NCBI GenBank assembly: GCA_963665125.2
Contig: CAXXUK010000001.1
Location: forward strand, 2,624,001 to 2,688,000
Direction of reading: 5' to 3'
DNA from: an uncultured Desulfarculus sp.
GTDB lineage: Bacteria; Desulfobacterota; Desulfarculia; Desulfarculales; Desulfarculaceae
DNA length: 64,000 nucleotides
Under the pieces are notes generated by a model that worked only from the letters and a program-made list of their open reading frames with translations, was not told the origin of the DNA and searched no databases. The position numbers and the translations under genes were made by a program. Positions 8,275-18,890 of this stretch are shown piece after piece. Every line of letters starts with the position of its first letter. The stretch's first letter is position 1.

Positions 8275-9171
8275 ATGGACTATTCTTTTTACAAAAAACT
8301 CCTCGACAGCATGTTCGATGGCGTCTATTTCGTGGACGAAAACAGGGTCATCACCTACTGGAACTCCGGAGCGGAACGACTGAGCGGCTACACCAGATCC
8401 GAGGTCATCGGCCGCAGTTGTTCCGACAATGTCCTGAGACACGTCGACGGCAGTGGGAACCAGCTTTGTCTCAGGGGGTGCCCCCTGGCCGAAACCATAC
8501 AAGACGGCAAGACCCGCGAAACCGAAGTGTTCATGCATCATAAAATGGGCCACAGGGTGCCCGTAATGGTAAGGTCGGCGCCCACCCACGACAGTGAGGG
8601 CAACATCATCGGCGCGGTGGAGATCTTTGCGGACAACTCCAAGAACATCAATACCCTACAAAAGTTGGAAGAGCTCCAGCAGGAAGTGTTCCGTGATCCC
8701 CTGACCAGAATTGCCAACCGGAAATATGCCGAGCACCAAATCGACAACTTTCTGGCCGCCTGCCGAAAGCACGGCGTTTATTTTGGCCTATTGTTCGTTG
8801 ATATCGACCACTTCAAAAAGGTAAACGACAACTACGGCCACAACACGGGCGATGAAGTACTCAAGGCTGTTTCAGCTACGCTTTCGGGCGGATTGCGACC
8901 GGTGGACATCGCCTGCCGCTGGGGCGGCGAGGAATTTGTGCTGCTGCTTCCCAACATCGACAACGCTAGCCTGCGCAAGCTGGCCGAGCGCATGCGGATG
9001 CTGGTGGAATCCAGCTGGCTGGATCATGATGACGGGCAAATCAGAGTCACGGCGTCGTTCGGCGGCACCGTCTCCCGGCTTGACGACACCATCAAAACAA
9101 TAATCGAGCGCGCCGATGAACAGACCTACCTAAGCAAGGACAGCGGACGCAACTGCGTACATATAGCTTAA
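8275..9171 (+). CDS. PAS-GGDEF diguanylate cyclase
   Basis: PAS (DGVYFVD..ITYWNSGAE), DPLTRIANR, RPVD I-site, GGEEF; GGGAGG RBS before ATG 8275. Confidence 0.92.
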   Translation: MDYSFYKKLLDSMFDGVYFVDENRVITYWNSGAERLSGYTRSEVIGRSCSDNVLRHVDGSGNQLCLRGCPLAETIQDGKTRETEVFMHHKMGHRVPVMVRSAPTHDSEGNIIGAVEIFADNSKNINTLQKLEELQQEVFRDPLTRIANRKYAEHQIDNFLAACRKHGVYFGLLFVDIDHFKKVNDNYGHNTGDEVLKAVSATLSGGLRPVDIACRWGGEEFVLLLPNIDNASLRKLAERMRMLVESSWLDHDDGQIRVTASFGGTVSRLDDTIKTIIERADEQTYLSKDSGRNCVHIA

Positions 9172-9175
9172 GGGC

Positions 9176-9793
9176 CTAGGCCTCATTTACGGCGGTCACG
9201 CAGACGGATGGACGGGATTTTATCTCTTTCTCATGGGCCCGCACCACGCCGAATCCGGCGGCGGGCAGATCCGCGGAACAAACTTCGACAAAACGCTTTG
9301 CCTCGGCTTGGCTGTCACCCTTGAGCATGGGTTGATATAGCAGGGCGATGACCCCGCCGGGCTCCATCCAACCACGCAGGCCCTTGAGGCCTTCCACGCC
9401 GTTGTCCCAGAACTGATAGCTGTTTACGGCCAGCACCTTGTTGAACTTGCAGCCGAAATCCGGCAGATCGTCAACCGGTGTCTGAAAAAGGCGCATCCGG
9501 CCCTGTTCCACGGCCCTTTTATTGCGCCGGGTGGCCTGGCCGATCATCTGGGCCGACTGGTCCAGCCCGCAGACCACGCCCTTGCCCACCAGCCCGGCGA
9601 ACAGCTCCAAGCCCAGTCCGGGACCGAAACCAATTTCCAGAACCCGGTCGCCGGGCCGCGGGTCCAAAATTATCACGGCCCACAGGTTGCGGTCGTAGTT
9701 CACCCGGTGGGAGGCCATGAGACGGCCGGTTACGGCGCCCATCAAGCCCTCCGGCCGGGCAAAGTGTTTCAGCAAGCCATTTTCGCCGGGCAT
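9176..9793 (-). CDS. Class I SAM-dependent methyltransferase
   Basis: VLEIGFGPG motif I, PGG motif. Confidence 0.87.
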   Translation of the reverse strand: MPGENGLLKHFARPEGLMGAVTGRLMASHRVNYDRNLWAVIILDPRPGDRVLEIGFGPGLGLELFAGLVGKGVVCGLDQSAQMIGQATRRNKRAVEQGRMRLFQTPVDDLPDFGCKFNKVLAVNSYQFWDNGVEGLKGLRGWMEPGGVIALLYQPMLKGDSQAEAKRFVEVCSADLPAAGFGVVRAHEKEIKSRPSVCVTAVNEA

Positions 9794-9807
9794 ATCCCGT
9801 CTCCCGT

Positions 9808-11589
9808 TTATTCCGAGGCCAGTTTTTTAAAAGCGTCGCAACGCTCCAACTCGGCCATTATCGCATCGGCGATCAGGCTGTGACCGATGCCGTTGGGGTG
9901 CCAGTCCTTGTCGTTGACCCACAGGGCCTGGCTCATGGCCGTCAGATTATTGTCTTGCAGGTACTTTTCATACACCGGGGTCATGTCCAGGCCCATCAGC
10001 CCGGCTTCCCGGGCCGCCTTTACCACGAATCCGGCCTTTTTCTCATAGGTTTCCGGTTTGCCCAATACGATCCGTATCGGGTTGTATACCACCACGCCCA
10101 TGGCCCCATCGGCTTTTAGCATATTGGCCAGTTCCCGGAAGTTGGCCGCCACGGCCTCGGTGCCGACCATCTTGTTGTAATGGGCGCTTACCTGCTGGTG
10201 CCAGCGCTCCTCGGCGGTGAGGGCCTCCTGCTTTTTACCGCGGATCTCGTCCAGGCGGCGGGTGCTGACAAACTCCTCGTCGGACGCAAAGGCGTCCCGC
10301 CAGCGGGGGGCCAGGGTGCGGCTGAGCTGGCGTTTGATATAGCAGCGGTGGGTGGTCCAGGGCAGCACCGGTTCGATCATCAGGCCGGGGAAGCCGAAGT
10401 CGTTTTCCACGAAAATCAGCACCACCAGCTTGGGCTTGAACTTGCGGCCCATCTTGCGGAAAACAGCCACCTCGTTGGCCGTGTTGTAGGACGGACAACC
10501 CAGGTTCAGGGTCTCCACGGGCATGGCCATTCTGGCCACGAGCAACCGGCCCAGGCGGGTCAGGGCGCTTTGCTCGTCGGACACGCCCCAGCCGAACATC
10601 ACCGAATCGCCAAGGCCCATGACCCGCAGCACGCCGGGCGCGGCCTCCAGCTTGGCCTCGGCCCCGCGCATGAAGTGGCTGTTGGTCTTCAAGGGGAATT
10701 TGGCGAAAAACCCGTCCAGGTTGGGCTTGAGATTGTAGATGATCTCCAGGTCCGGGTTGGGCTGGATCATGGTCACGTAGTTGTAGGCCTTGCCCTTGGC
10801 GTCGGGCGTCTTGGTGGTCTCCTGGGCCGCCAGGCTGCGGGCTTGGGGCACGTGGATCAGGTATTGCCGGAACAATAGCTCGGCGAATACGAACAGCATC
10901 GCCACCATGAAGCACATAAGCACGGTGGAGGCGATGGCCCGGCCCAGGCCGCCGCCGGCCCAGGAGCGCAAAAAGACCATGGCCACCAGCAGGCCCACCA
11001 CGCCCCAGAACAGCAAGCCGTTGTAGAGCAGCTCCCAGCCTAGCTTGGCCGGGAAAAAACCGATGCCTTGCAACAGGCGGATCCGGGCCGGAGCGGCCCA
11101 GGAGCCCTGCTTGTTGGTGATTGTCAACTCGTTGTCCGGCTGGGTCACGGTGATGGGCACCCGCAGGGTCAGAGCCGGGTTGACATGTTCATACGGCGCG
11201 GGATGGCCATGGCCCTTGGGCACCCAGCGCTCGCCCATGGGCGCGCCGTTGAGGCTAAAGGCCAACAGCGGCTGGGCGGCCTCATGGGCCTCGTTGAACA
11301 AAAGCTCCACCGTGTAGTCGCCGGGTTCGGCCTTGAAGCGCACCTTTATTTCGTGGGCCTTGCCGCCGGCCCACGTATCGGCCGGGCCGGGGATGTTGGA
11401 CGGCAGCAGGCCGCCGGGCATATCCAAATCCGCCGCGATGTCTCCGCCGCGCCAGTGTTTGTCCCAATCGGAGTAGCGGCTGGAGGCCAGCGACTGCATG
11501 CGCACCTCCGGGGCCAGCCCGCCCCAGACCAACAAGGCCGCCGCGCCCAGCAGGCACAGCCACGACAACAGCTTGAGCTTTGATTTCAT
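9808..11589 (-). CDS. Membrane-anchored SGNH/GDSL hydrolase with N-terminal carbohydrate-binding-like domain
   Basis: LGDSVMFG block I, END block III, DWHPN block V; internal TM helices. Confidence 0.8.
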   Translation of the reverse strand: MKSKLKLLSWLCLLGAAALLVWGGLAPEVRMQSLASSRYSDWDKHWRGGDIAADLDMPGGLLPSNIPGPADTWAGGKAHEIKVRFKAEPGDYTVELLFNEAHEAAQPLLAFSLNGAPMGERWVPKGHGHPAPYEHVNPALTLRVPITVTQPDNELTITNKQGSWAAPARIRLLQGIGFFPAKLGWELLYNGLLFWGVVGLLVAMVFLRSWAGGGLGRAIASTVLMCFMVAMLFVFAELLFRQYLIHVPQARSLAAQETTKTPDAKGKAYNYVTMIQPNPDLEIIYNLKPNLDGFFAKFPLKTNSHFMRGAEAKLEAAPGVLRVMGLGDSVMFGWGVSDEQSALTRLGRLLVARMAMPVETLNLGCPSYNTANEVAVFRKMGRKFKPKLVVLIFVENDFGFPGLMIEPVLPWTTHRCYIKRQLSRTLAPRWRDAFASDEEFVSTRRLDEIRGKKQEALTAEERWHQQVSAHYNKMVGTEAVAANFRELANMLKADGAMGVVVYNPIRIVLGKPETYEKKAGFVVKAAREAGLMGLDMTPVYEKYLQDNNLTAMSQALWVNDKDWHPNGIGHSLIADAIMAELERCDAFKKLASE

Positions 11590-11601
11590 CCCAACAAAAT
11601 C

Positions 11602-12633
11602 CTATTCAACGAAAATATCGGGCCAGCGGTCATTGGCCTTGCTGTAGGTGATGCGCACGGCCTGGTCAAAGGGCTTGCCCACCTGCCACAGGAAAAGTTC
11701 GTAATCGGCGATATCGTGCTCATGTCCCTCGGCCGAGGCGGCCCAGACCAGCCACTTGCCGTCCTGGGAAAGCCGGGGGAAGTATTCGTGGCTGTACTGG
11801 CCGGGCAGGTCCATGAACACCTTGGGTTTGACCTCGCCCAGCGGAGAAGTTATCACCTGGTTGCCGCCCACGCCGCCGTTGCGCACCCAGATCAGTTCCT
11901 TGCCGTCCGGGGTGAACAGAAGTTCGCAGCCCGCGCCGAAATTGGTGAACTCCTCGGGCTTGCGCACATCCACCACCAGAACGCCCCGCAGTTTGCCCCT
12001 GGCCGTGACGGCCAGCAGGTTCTGATCCACCGGCGAAAGCATGGGCGTGACTATGAGACCCTCCACGGGCGGCTTTTCGCCGTCAAAGACGACCTTCTCC
12101 TCGCCGGTCTCCAGGTCTTTTACAACCACCAGCATCCGGCGCATGAACGAGATATGCTTGTCGTCCAGCCACAGGGGGTAGTTGGCGTCTTTGGCCACCA
12201 TCTTTTCCTCGCCTGTGAGCAGGTCCAGCATCCAGACGTTCCAGGGATTGTACTCGCGCTCGGAGACCCAGTTTTTCTGACTGCGGGAAAACACCAGCCT
12301 ACCGCCGTCCGGGGAAAACCTGGGGAAGAAATCCACGTAATCATTGTTGGTCAAACGATAGATGTTGCCGTCGGGCAGGGCCATGAGATAAAGCTCGTGG
12401 TTGCCGCTACGGCTGGAGGACCACACAACGCGGCACTTTGTTTTACCCAGGGCCTGTTGCACTGTCTTCAACTGCTCGGGGCTCATGCCGCCGGGCTCCT
12501 TGGTCAACCACATGTCGCCGAAGGCCTGATAGGCCAGGCGCGGCAGATACTGGATGGACGCGCCCACCAGCCCGAATACGGCCGCGATGATCAGCAGCTT
12601 TACAAAGGGGCTGCGTTTTTTCTTTTCAGTCAT
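11602..12633 (-). CDS. TolB-like (PD40 beta-propeller) periplasmic protein
   Basis: SSSRSGNHELY, PRFSPDG, PRLSQDGKW repeats; N-terminal anchor. Confidence 0.8.
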   Translation of the reverse strand: MTEKKKRSPFVKLLIIAAVFGLVGASIQYLPRLAYQAFGDMWLTKEPGGMSPEQLKTVQQALGKTKCRVVWSSSRSGNHELYLMALPDGNIYRLTNNDYVDFFPRFSPDGGRLVFSRSQKNWVSEREYNPWNVWMLDLLTGEEKMVAKDANYPLWLDDKHISFMRRMLVVVKDLETGEEKVVFDGEKPPVEGLIVTPMLSPVDQNLLAVTARGKLRGVLVVDVRKPEEFTNFGAGCELLFTPDGKELIWVRNGGVGGNQVITSPLGEVKPKVFMDLPGQYSHEYFPRLSQDGKWLVWAASAEGHEHDIADYELFLWQVGKPFDQAVRITYSKANDRWPDIFVE

Positions 12634-13666
12634 TTTTCATGCCTTTGCCGGCGCTCAAGTACAAGAGGGCCAAACCGCCCAAGGTGTAGTCTATCACCTG
12701 GGTCGTCAAATGCAGGCCAAATGGTATCATCGCTGCCTGTGTTTGGGAAAGCCCGGCGGCCAGCAATGTCGCGCCCATGACGCCCTCATAGGCCCCGAAC
12801 CCTGCGATGCCGCTGACGGGCAGGCTGGCCGTGGCCTCGGCCGCCAGCAGGGCGAACAGCACCAGCGGAAAACTCAGTTGCTGGGCCACGCCGGGCCATT
12901 GCGCGGCAAAGCCCATTATCAGCACATACAACCCAACGTATTTCCCCAGGCGGATCAGGATCGACTGGCCCAAGACCAGCCAGTAGACCCCGGAGGCCTT
13001 GGTCTGGATCACATCCGCTTCCAGGCCCAACAGCTGCCTGGTTGTCCAATTTAGTGCGCGGCGCGTTTTACCTTCACCGAGCCTGGCGGCCAGCCATAGC
13101 GCCGCCCCGGCTCCGAAGCGGGCCAGCTTGTCCAACAAAAACAGGGCGCAGACGCCGATAAGGGCCAACACGGCCACCAGAATCATCAGCGGCCAGCCGC
13201 CCCCGCCGCCCAGGGCGTGCAAGGCCACGGCCGCGACCAACAACGGCAGCATGCCCAGAATGTCGAAGATGAACGAAAAAGCGAACGACGATACGCAGGC
13301 GGGCAGGTTCACCCCGTATTTGCGGTTCAGGAAGACAATATAGCTCAGGCTGCCTGACCGGGCGGGCAGCAGGTCCACGAACAGGTTGGCGGCGAAGGTC
13401 ACGGCCATCAGATCGCCGAAGCGCGGCGCGGATCCGTGGCTGGAGGCCCTCAGCAGCACCTTGTAGCGCCAGGCCTTGATGGTCATGAACGACAGATAAA
13501 TGACCAAGAAGCCGCCCAGCGGAGCCCACCCCAGGCCGCTGAACACCCGGACCCATTCGTCCCAGGTGGTGTGCCGGGCCAGGAAATAGAACAGCGACGC
13601 CGTGACCAGACAGGCCAGGGCCAGATAGATTGCTTTTTTCAGCTTGCCAGCCATGATCAAGGCCAA
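12626..13666 (-). CDS. LPG_synthase_TM/UPF0104 flippase-like membrane protein
   Basis: AWRYKVLL, LPARSG, LPVSGIAGFGAYEG; start could be ATG 13654. Confidence 0.8.
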   Translation of the reverse strand: MALIMAGKLKKAIYLALACLVTASLFYFLARHTTWDEWVRVFSGLGWAPLGGFLVIYLSFMTIKAWRYKVLLRASSHGSAPRFGDLMAVTFAANLFVDLLPARSGSLSYIVFLNRKYGVNLPACVSSFAFSFIFDILGMLPLLVAAVALHALGGGGGWPLMILVAVLALIGVCALFLLDKLARFGAGAALWLAARLGEGKTRRALNWTTRQLLGLEADVIQTKASGVYWLVLGQSILIRLGKYVGLYVLIMGFAAQWPGVAQQLSFPLVLFALLAAEATASLPVSGIAGFGAYEGVMGATLLAAGLSQTQAAMIPFGLHLTTQVIDYTLGGLALLYLSAGKGMKND

Positions 13667-13680
13667 CGGCCCCTAGGCCG

Positions 13681-14667
13681 CTAGGCCTTTTTCACCGCCG
13701 ACATGGTGAAGCAGTTGAATCGCAGGCCAAAGATGATCCAGGCCGTCTGGCTCATGGCCCTGGAAAGTGGTCCGGGCCTGGGGAACGGCGGCACGTCGCC
13801 GTCCTGGGGGCCGATATTGGCCGAGATCTTGGTCATGCCGTCGGATACGGCCCGCATCACCGGGAAGCCATCAAAGGTCTTGCGGAACTGGGCGTACTCG
13901 GGCTGCCGGAAGGCGTAGAAATAATCCCGGACCCGCAACGGAGCAAAGGCCCCCAGGAACTCCAGGCCGGTCTGGTCGAACCAGCCCAGGATCTCCCCGG
14001 CGGAGTGCAGGCTCTCGTGAGGGAATCCGAAGATGTCGTAGGCGATGTTCTTGGTGTTGACGCCGTGGTAGCGGGCGTCGAGTTTTTTCAGGGTGCGGGA
14101 AAAGAGCTTTTCGCCCCACTCCACCCGCTTGTGGATGTCGTCGCCGCCCAGCCACTTGCAGATGGTCTGCTTGCCCCGCAGGATGCGCCGGGAATAAGAG
14201 CTGTAGAGGCTGACGATGACCACGCCGCCGGGCTTGGTTATGCGGGCCAGGTGCTTGAATCCCCGCAGGGGATCGCCGGTGTGGTGCAACACGCCCACGG
14301 AATAGGAATAGTCGTAGTAGTTGTCGGGCAACTCGCAGTTGAGGATGTCCATCTTCTTGAAATTGACGTGGTCGAACCCGGCCTCCTGCCTGCGTTGCTC
14401 GGCGATTTTCAGCGAGCCGTCGGACAGGTCGATGCCCTGGACCTCGGCCGCGCCGTTCTGGGCGTACCACAGGGCGTATTCGCCGGTGCCGCAGCCCATG
14501 TCCAGGACCTTCTTGCCCTTGAAGTCCTCGGGCCGCACGCCCAGGCATTTGAGCCGCCAGCCCATCTCCTCGTCGGCGTCGCGGTGGGTGGGCCAGGGCA
14601 CCTCGGAATACATGCCCACCACGGTTTCCTGAATTTTCTTGATTTCCGGCGAAAGCTCTTGGGCCAT
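13681..14667 (-). CDS. Class I SAM-dependent methyltransferase
   Basis: VLDMGCGTG, GIDLS, GVLHHT, KPGG. Confidence 0.88.
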   Translation of the reverse strand: MAQELSPEIKKIQETVVGMYSEVPWPTHRDADEEMGWRLKCLGVRPEDFKGKKVLDMGCGTGEYALWYAQNGAAEVQGIDLSDGSLKIAEQRRQEAGFDHVNFKKMDILNCELPDNYYDYSYSVGVLHHTGDPLRGFKHLARITKPGGVVIVSLYSSYSRRILRGKQTICKWLGGDDIHKRVEWGEKLFSRTLKKLDARYHGVNTKNIAYDIFGFPHESLHSAGEILGWFDQTGLEFLGAFAPLRVRDYFYAFRQPEYAQFRKTFDGFPVMRAVSDGMTKISANIGPQDGDVPPFPRPGPLSRAMSQTAWIIFGLRFNCFTMSAVKKA

Positions 14668-14703
14668 TGTCAAATCCTTAGCAGGCCGCCAATGGGGCCA
14701 TTA

Positions 14704-15459
14704 TCACTTACGCATTCCGGTCACCCGGGCCGGAACGCCCAAATTTATCGAATATTCCGGGGCGTCCTTGCTCAGCAACGCCGAGGCGGCGGCCACAGAG
14801 CCCTTGCCCATGCTCACCCCGCCCAGCACGGTGACGCCGGAGCCCAGCCATACATCGTCGGCCAGGTTCACTCCGCCGTCAAGCTTGATGCCCTGCTTGC
14901 ACATGGGCATGTCCAGGCGGTCGATGTTGTAGTTGCCGCCGCCCACCAGGTAGCACATGGGGCCGATGGCCACGTCCGCGCCCACCCTGACCGGGTTGAG
15001 GCCCGCCGAGTGGATGATGGTCTTGGCTCCCACACCCGTGCCGGCGCCGATTTCCACGGTGCCGCCCTTGCAGGAGATCATCACGTTGTTGGACAGGTTG
15101 ACGTCGTCGCCCAACACGATGACCCGGTCGCTGTTCGGCGTGCGGGCGTCGAGAATGCAGCCCTCGCCGATGACCACCCGCCGTCCCAGATGGATGCGGC
15201 CCGGGTGGCGCAGCACCATGCGCTGGCCGAAGTTGACGCCCTTGCCGCAGGAGCCGAACAGCCGGGGCCAAAACAGCTTGCGCATCAACAGGCCCAAGGC
15301 GCCGGGCAGCGCGCCCATGAGCATGCACCACTCATAATAAATGAGCCCCCATAGCGAACGGCTGCCCACCACGACGTCCTGGTAGCGGGACAGGACGCTG
15401 CCGCCCTCCACCGCCGCGTCGTGGGTCTTGATCTGGCCGCCTTGGTCCGGGGCGCTCAA
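14704..15459 (-). CDS. Hexapeptide-repeat O-acyltransferase
   Basis: Left-handed beta-helix repeats, DDVWLGSGVTVLGGV, GVPAR. Confidence 0.87.
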   Translation of the reverse strand: MSAPDQGGQIKTHDAAVEGGSVLSRYQDVVVGSRSLWGLIYYEWCMLMGALPGALGLLMRKLFWPRLFGSCGKGVNFGQRMVLRHPGRIHLGRRVVIGEGCILDARTPNSDRVIVLGDDVNLSNNVMISCKGGTVEIGAGTGVGAKTIIHSAGLNPVRVGADVAIGPMCYLVGGGNYNIDRLDMPMCKQGIKLDGGVNLADDVWLGSGVTVLGGVSMGKGSVAAASALLSKDAPEYSINLGVPARVTGMRK

Positions 15460-15578
15460 AGGCTCACCTCTGGTCTGTTCAAACGGCTGTAATGCCGTGG
15501 TTTACAAGGGCACAATACGCCAAGGGATTCATTTAACACAAGGCGCATATATTGTCCATAGCATGCGCGGGCGGCGGC

Positions 15579-17447
15579 CTAGCCCTCCAGGAAGCGCTTG
15601 TGCCACAGGGCCGCGTTCATCAGGGCCCACAGCACGTGGTTGTGGTTCTGTTTTTCGGCCAGGTGTTCGTCCATCATCCGCTGGACTTCCTTGGTTTCCA
15701 TGAAGTCGTGGATCAGCGGGCTGGTGGTCAACAGTTCCTTCATCAGGGGCATGAGCTGGGCCTCGTCGCGCAGCAGGTTCTTCACGGGCAAGCTGTAGCC
15801 CTGCTTGCCCCGGTGGACCACCCGCTCGGGCACCAGGCCGGTAATGGCCTTGCGCAGAATGTGCTTGGTCTCCATGCCCTTGAGCTTGAGGTTGCCCGGA
15901 ATCTGGGCCGCGGTCTCCACCACCTCGTGGTCCAAAAACGGCACCCGCACCTCCAGGGAGGTGCTCATGGACATTTTGTCCACCTTCATCAACACGCTGT
16001 CGACCATGTTCAGCCGGATGTCGGTGTATATCTCGCGGTCGATGCGTTTGTCGCTGTTGCAGCTTTCCAGAACCCGGCGCACGGGCATGAAGGTGTCGAA
16101 CGCCACCTTGGAGCGCACGTCTTCGTTGAACAGTCGCTCGGCCTGGCCCGGAGCCAGGAAATACTGCCAGCGGATGTGCTCGCCTTCGGCGGGCAGGATG
16201 GCCCCGTCCATGAAGCGCTTGAGCATGTTCACCGCGCCCTTTTTCTGAGGCCGGTCCTTGAACAGGCGGCTGACGGCCCAGCCAGCACGGGCCGCGCCGG
16301 GTATCATTTGCAGGGGTCGGGTCAGCTTGGAGGCGATGAAGCGGTCATAGCCGCAAAATATCTCGTCGCCGCCCTCACCGCTGAGCACCACGGTGACCTC
16401 TTTCTTGGCCTCCCGGCAGATGAGCATCAGGGGGATGGCCGACAGGTCGGTCATGGGCTCGTCCAGGTGGTAAACCGCCGTTTCCAGGTCGTCGATGCTC
16501 AGGCCGGGGATCATCAGCACATGGGGCTCGGTGCCGTAATGCTGGGCCATGTCCTCGGCATAGTCCAGTTCGCTGAAAGTCGGGTCCGGGTAGCCGATGA
16601 TAAAGGTGCGCAGCGGGTCCACGCCCAGTTTGCGCATCTCGGCCACCACGGTGGTGGAGTCGATGCCCCCGGAAAGAAACACGCCCAGGGGCACGTCGCT
16701 CATCAGCCTGCGCCGCACGGCCGTCTCCAGCAGGGGTTTGAGCACCTCCACGGCCTCGTCGGCGTTCTTGAATTTGTCGCCGAACTTGATGTCCCAATAC
16801 TTGCGCTCGGTCATCTCGCCGCTGTTCATGTCGAACATGGCGTAGTGGCCCTGGCGCAGCTTGCGGATGCCTTCGAACAGGGTGCGCGGGGCGGGCACGA
16901 ACTCGTAGCCCAGGTATTGGTAAAGGCCGGTGACGTCCACCTGACGGTCATAGCCGTCCCACTCTAGGATGGCCTTGATCTCGTTGGCGAAGATCAGTTT
17001 GTTGCCGTAGTGGTGGTAGTACAGCGGCTTGATGCCCAGGCGGTCGCGGCCCAGCATGATCCGTTTCTTCTTGGCGTCGTGGATGGCAAAGCAGTACATG
17101 CCCGACAGGCGGTTGATGCAGTCTTCGCCCCATTCCTCATAGCCGTGCAGGATCACCTCGGAGTCGGAGCGGGAATGGAACTTGTGCCCGGCACTGATCA
17201 ATTCACGTCGCAGGGCCAGGTGATTGTAGATCTCGCCGTTGGCCACCAGGAACACGTCGCCGGTTTCGTTGACCATGGGCTGGCGGCCGTTGACCGACAG
17301 GTCGATGATCGAAAGCCGGGTCTGGCCCAAGGTGGCCCCGCCGCCCACGTGGCTGTCTTGGTCGTCCGGGCCGCGGTGGCGCAGGGTGTTCATCATGGAG
17401 TTGATCAGGGGCTGATCTTCCCAGGAAAATCCACAGATGCCGCACAT
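15579..17447 (-). CDS. asnB: Asparagine synthase (glutamine-hydrolysing)-family amidotransferase
   Basis: MCGICG, HRGPD, NGEIYN, LSGGIDS, SGEGGDE, EVRVPFLD. Confidence 0.95.
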   Translation of the reverse strand: MCGICGFSWEDQPLINSMMNTLRHRGPDDQDSHVGGGATLGQTRLSIIDLSVNGRQPMVNETGDVFLVANGEIYNHLALRRELISAGHKFHSRSDSEVILHGYEEWGEDCINRLSGMYCFAIHDAKKKRIMLGRDRLGIKPLYYHHYGNKLIFANEIKAILEWDGYDRQVDVTGLYQYLGYEFVPAPRTLFEGIRKLRQGHYAMFDMNSGEMTERKYWDIKFGDKFKNADEAVEVLKPLLETAVRRRLMSDVPLGVFLSGGIDSTTVVAEMRKLGVDPLRTFIIGYPDPTFSELDYAEDMAQHYGTEPHVLMIPGLSIDDLETAVYHLDEPMTDLSAIPLMLICREAKKEVTVVLSGEGGDEIFCGYDRFIASKLTRPLQMIPGAARAGWAVSRLFKDRPQKKGAVNMLKRFMDGAILPAEGEHIRWQYFLAPGQAERLFNEDVRSKVAFDTFMPVRRVLESCNSDKRIDREIYTDIRLNMVDSVLMKVDKMSMSTSLEVRVPFLDHEVVETAAQIPGNLKLKGMETKHILRKAITGLVPERVVHRGKQGYSLPVKNLLRDEAQLMPLMKELLTTSPLIHDFMETKEVQRMMDEHLAEKQNHNHVLWALMNAALWHKRFLEG

Positions 17448-17742
17448 ATCTTTTTAGTTTCCGCTTTCGGCTTGCCGCCGGGAAATGAGTAGTCCAAAGG
17501 ATATTTTATGGATCACAGTTTACTGTCAGCGCTCTTGGAGCGCAAGCTTATGAAGGAGTGGGGGATATGTTTGGCACAGGGGGAAATTTATCGCCGAGGG
17601 TGTCCCAACCATCTCGGTTGGACGCATTTTATTTCACGCTTCCTGAAAATCCAATCTTGACCGCGCCACGCTGGGGGCCGCCGGGTTATATCCGTGCAGT
17701 GCGTTTTGCCCGCGCTTTGGGAGCCAAAGCTTTTGGCGCCGA

Positions 17743-17771
17743 TTGACTCCCACAGGCCGCCGTGCTATTTT
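17743..17771 (+). promoter_or_regulatory. Putative sigma70 promoter
   Basis: TTGACT-N17-TATTTT with extended -10 TG, upstream of ATG 17806. Confidence 0.45.
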
Positions 17772-17805
17772 CGCGGCAGTTTTGGGGGCTTAACCAGGGG
17801 TGAAC

Positions 17806-18774
17806 ATGTCGCTGCTCAAAAACAAATGGCTGCGCGGGCTGATCAGCGTGGGGCTTTTGGTCCTGCTGCTGTGGTGGCTGGTCGACCCCAAGGAGGCAGC
17901 CAGGGTCGTCTCCACGGCCGACTGGCGTTACCTGGCCCTGATGCTGGTGGTGCTCGTGGCCGACCGCGTGTTCATGGCCTACAAGTGGCGCCTGCTGCTC
18001 ATCTGCCGCGATTTGCCCCTGAGCCTGGGCCGGGCCTCCAGCAGCTATTTCCTGGCCACCTTTGCCGGATGTTTTCTGCCCAGCACCGTGGGGGCAGACG
18101 CCCTGCGCATAGCCGCCGTGGCCGGGCCGGGGCTGCCCAGCGCCGAGTTGACCGCCTCGGTGGTGGTGGAGCGGGCCCTGGGTTTCGTGGCCGCCGCCCT
18201 GGCCGCCCTGATGGGCCTGGTCCTGTTGATGGGTTTCACCGCCGGGCTGCCCAAACAGTTTTTCCACTGGGCCCTGGCCGTTCTGGCCGTCTCGGCCCTG
18301 GGCGTCACGGCCTCGCTGAGTTCCATGGCCGGACGGGCCTCCATGACCCTGGAAAAAAAATTGGACGGCCGGGGCAAGCTGGCCGCATGGGCCTCGCGCA
18401 TGCTGGCCGCCTACCGCCAGTATTCCAACCACCGCTGGACCCTGGCCTGGTTTTTCGTGCTCACCCTGGCCGAGCAGGCCGCGCTGATCATCACCAACTG
18501 GCTGTCGGCCCAGGCCTATCATATAGACCTAACCCTGCTGGAGGCCGCGGCGGTGACGCCGGTGGCCATTCTGCTGGCCCGTTTGCCCATAACCGTCAGT
18601 TCTTTCGGGGTGATGGAGGGCCTGTACATGGCCTTTTTCGGCCTTGTCGGCGTGGGCCCCACCGAGGCCTTTCTGATGGGCCTCACCCAGAATCTGGCCA
18701 CCCTGGCCAGCTCGCTGCCCGGCATGGCGCCCTATCTGACCGGGGGCATCCGCCATGGCGGCAAGGGCAGATAG
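17806..18774 (+). CDS. LPG_synthase_TM/UPF0104 flippase-like membrane protein
   Basis: AYKWRLLL, FLPSTVGADALR, VVERALG, LPITVSSFGVMEG. Confidence 0.85.
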   Translation: MSLLKNKWLRGLISVGLLVLLLWWLVDPKEAARVVSTADWRYLALMLVVLVADRVFMAYKWRLLLICRDLPLSLGRASSSYFLATFAGCFLPSTVGADALRIAAVAGPGLPSAELTASVVVERALGFVAAALAALMGLVLLMGFTAGLPKQFFHWALAVLAVSALGVTASLSSMAGRASMTLEKKLDGRGKLAAWASRMLAAYRQYSNHRWTLAWFFVLTLAEQAALIITNWLSAQAYHIDLTLLEAAAVTPVAILLARLPITVSSFGVMEGLYMAFFGLVGVGPTEAFLMGLTQNLATLASSLPGMAPYLTGGIRHGGKGR

Positions 18775-18890
18775 AGGCCTCCTTTGTTTACTAATTTGCA
18801 TGTTTTTGCTAACGTGAGTAAAATTGGTTAGTTGCGGGCGCGGCACAGCGTCCGGTGTCCAGTGTGACGCCCAAGGTATGGAGCCGGGAA

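Noticed and set aside
14005..16967. Long plus-strand ORFs (449 and 471 aa) and similar antisense ORFs throughout the window
   Set aside because: Shadow frames of clear genes on the opposite strand, typical of high-GC DNA
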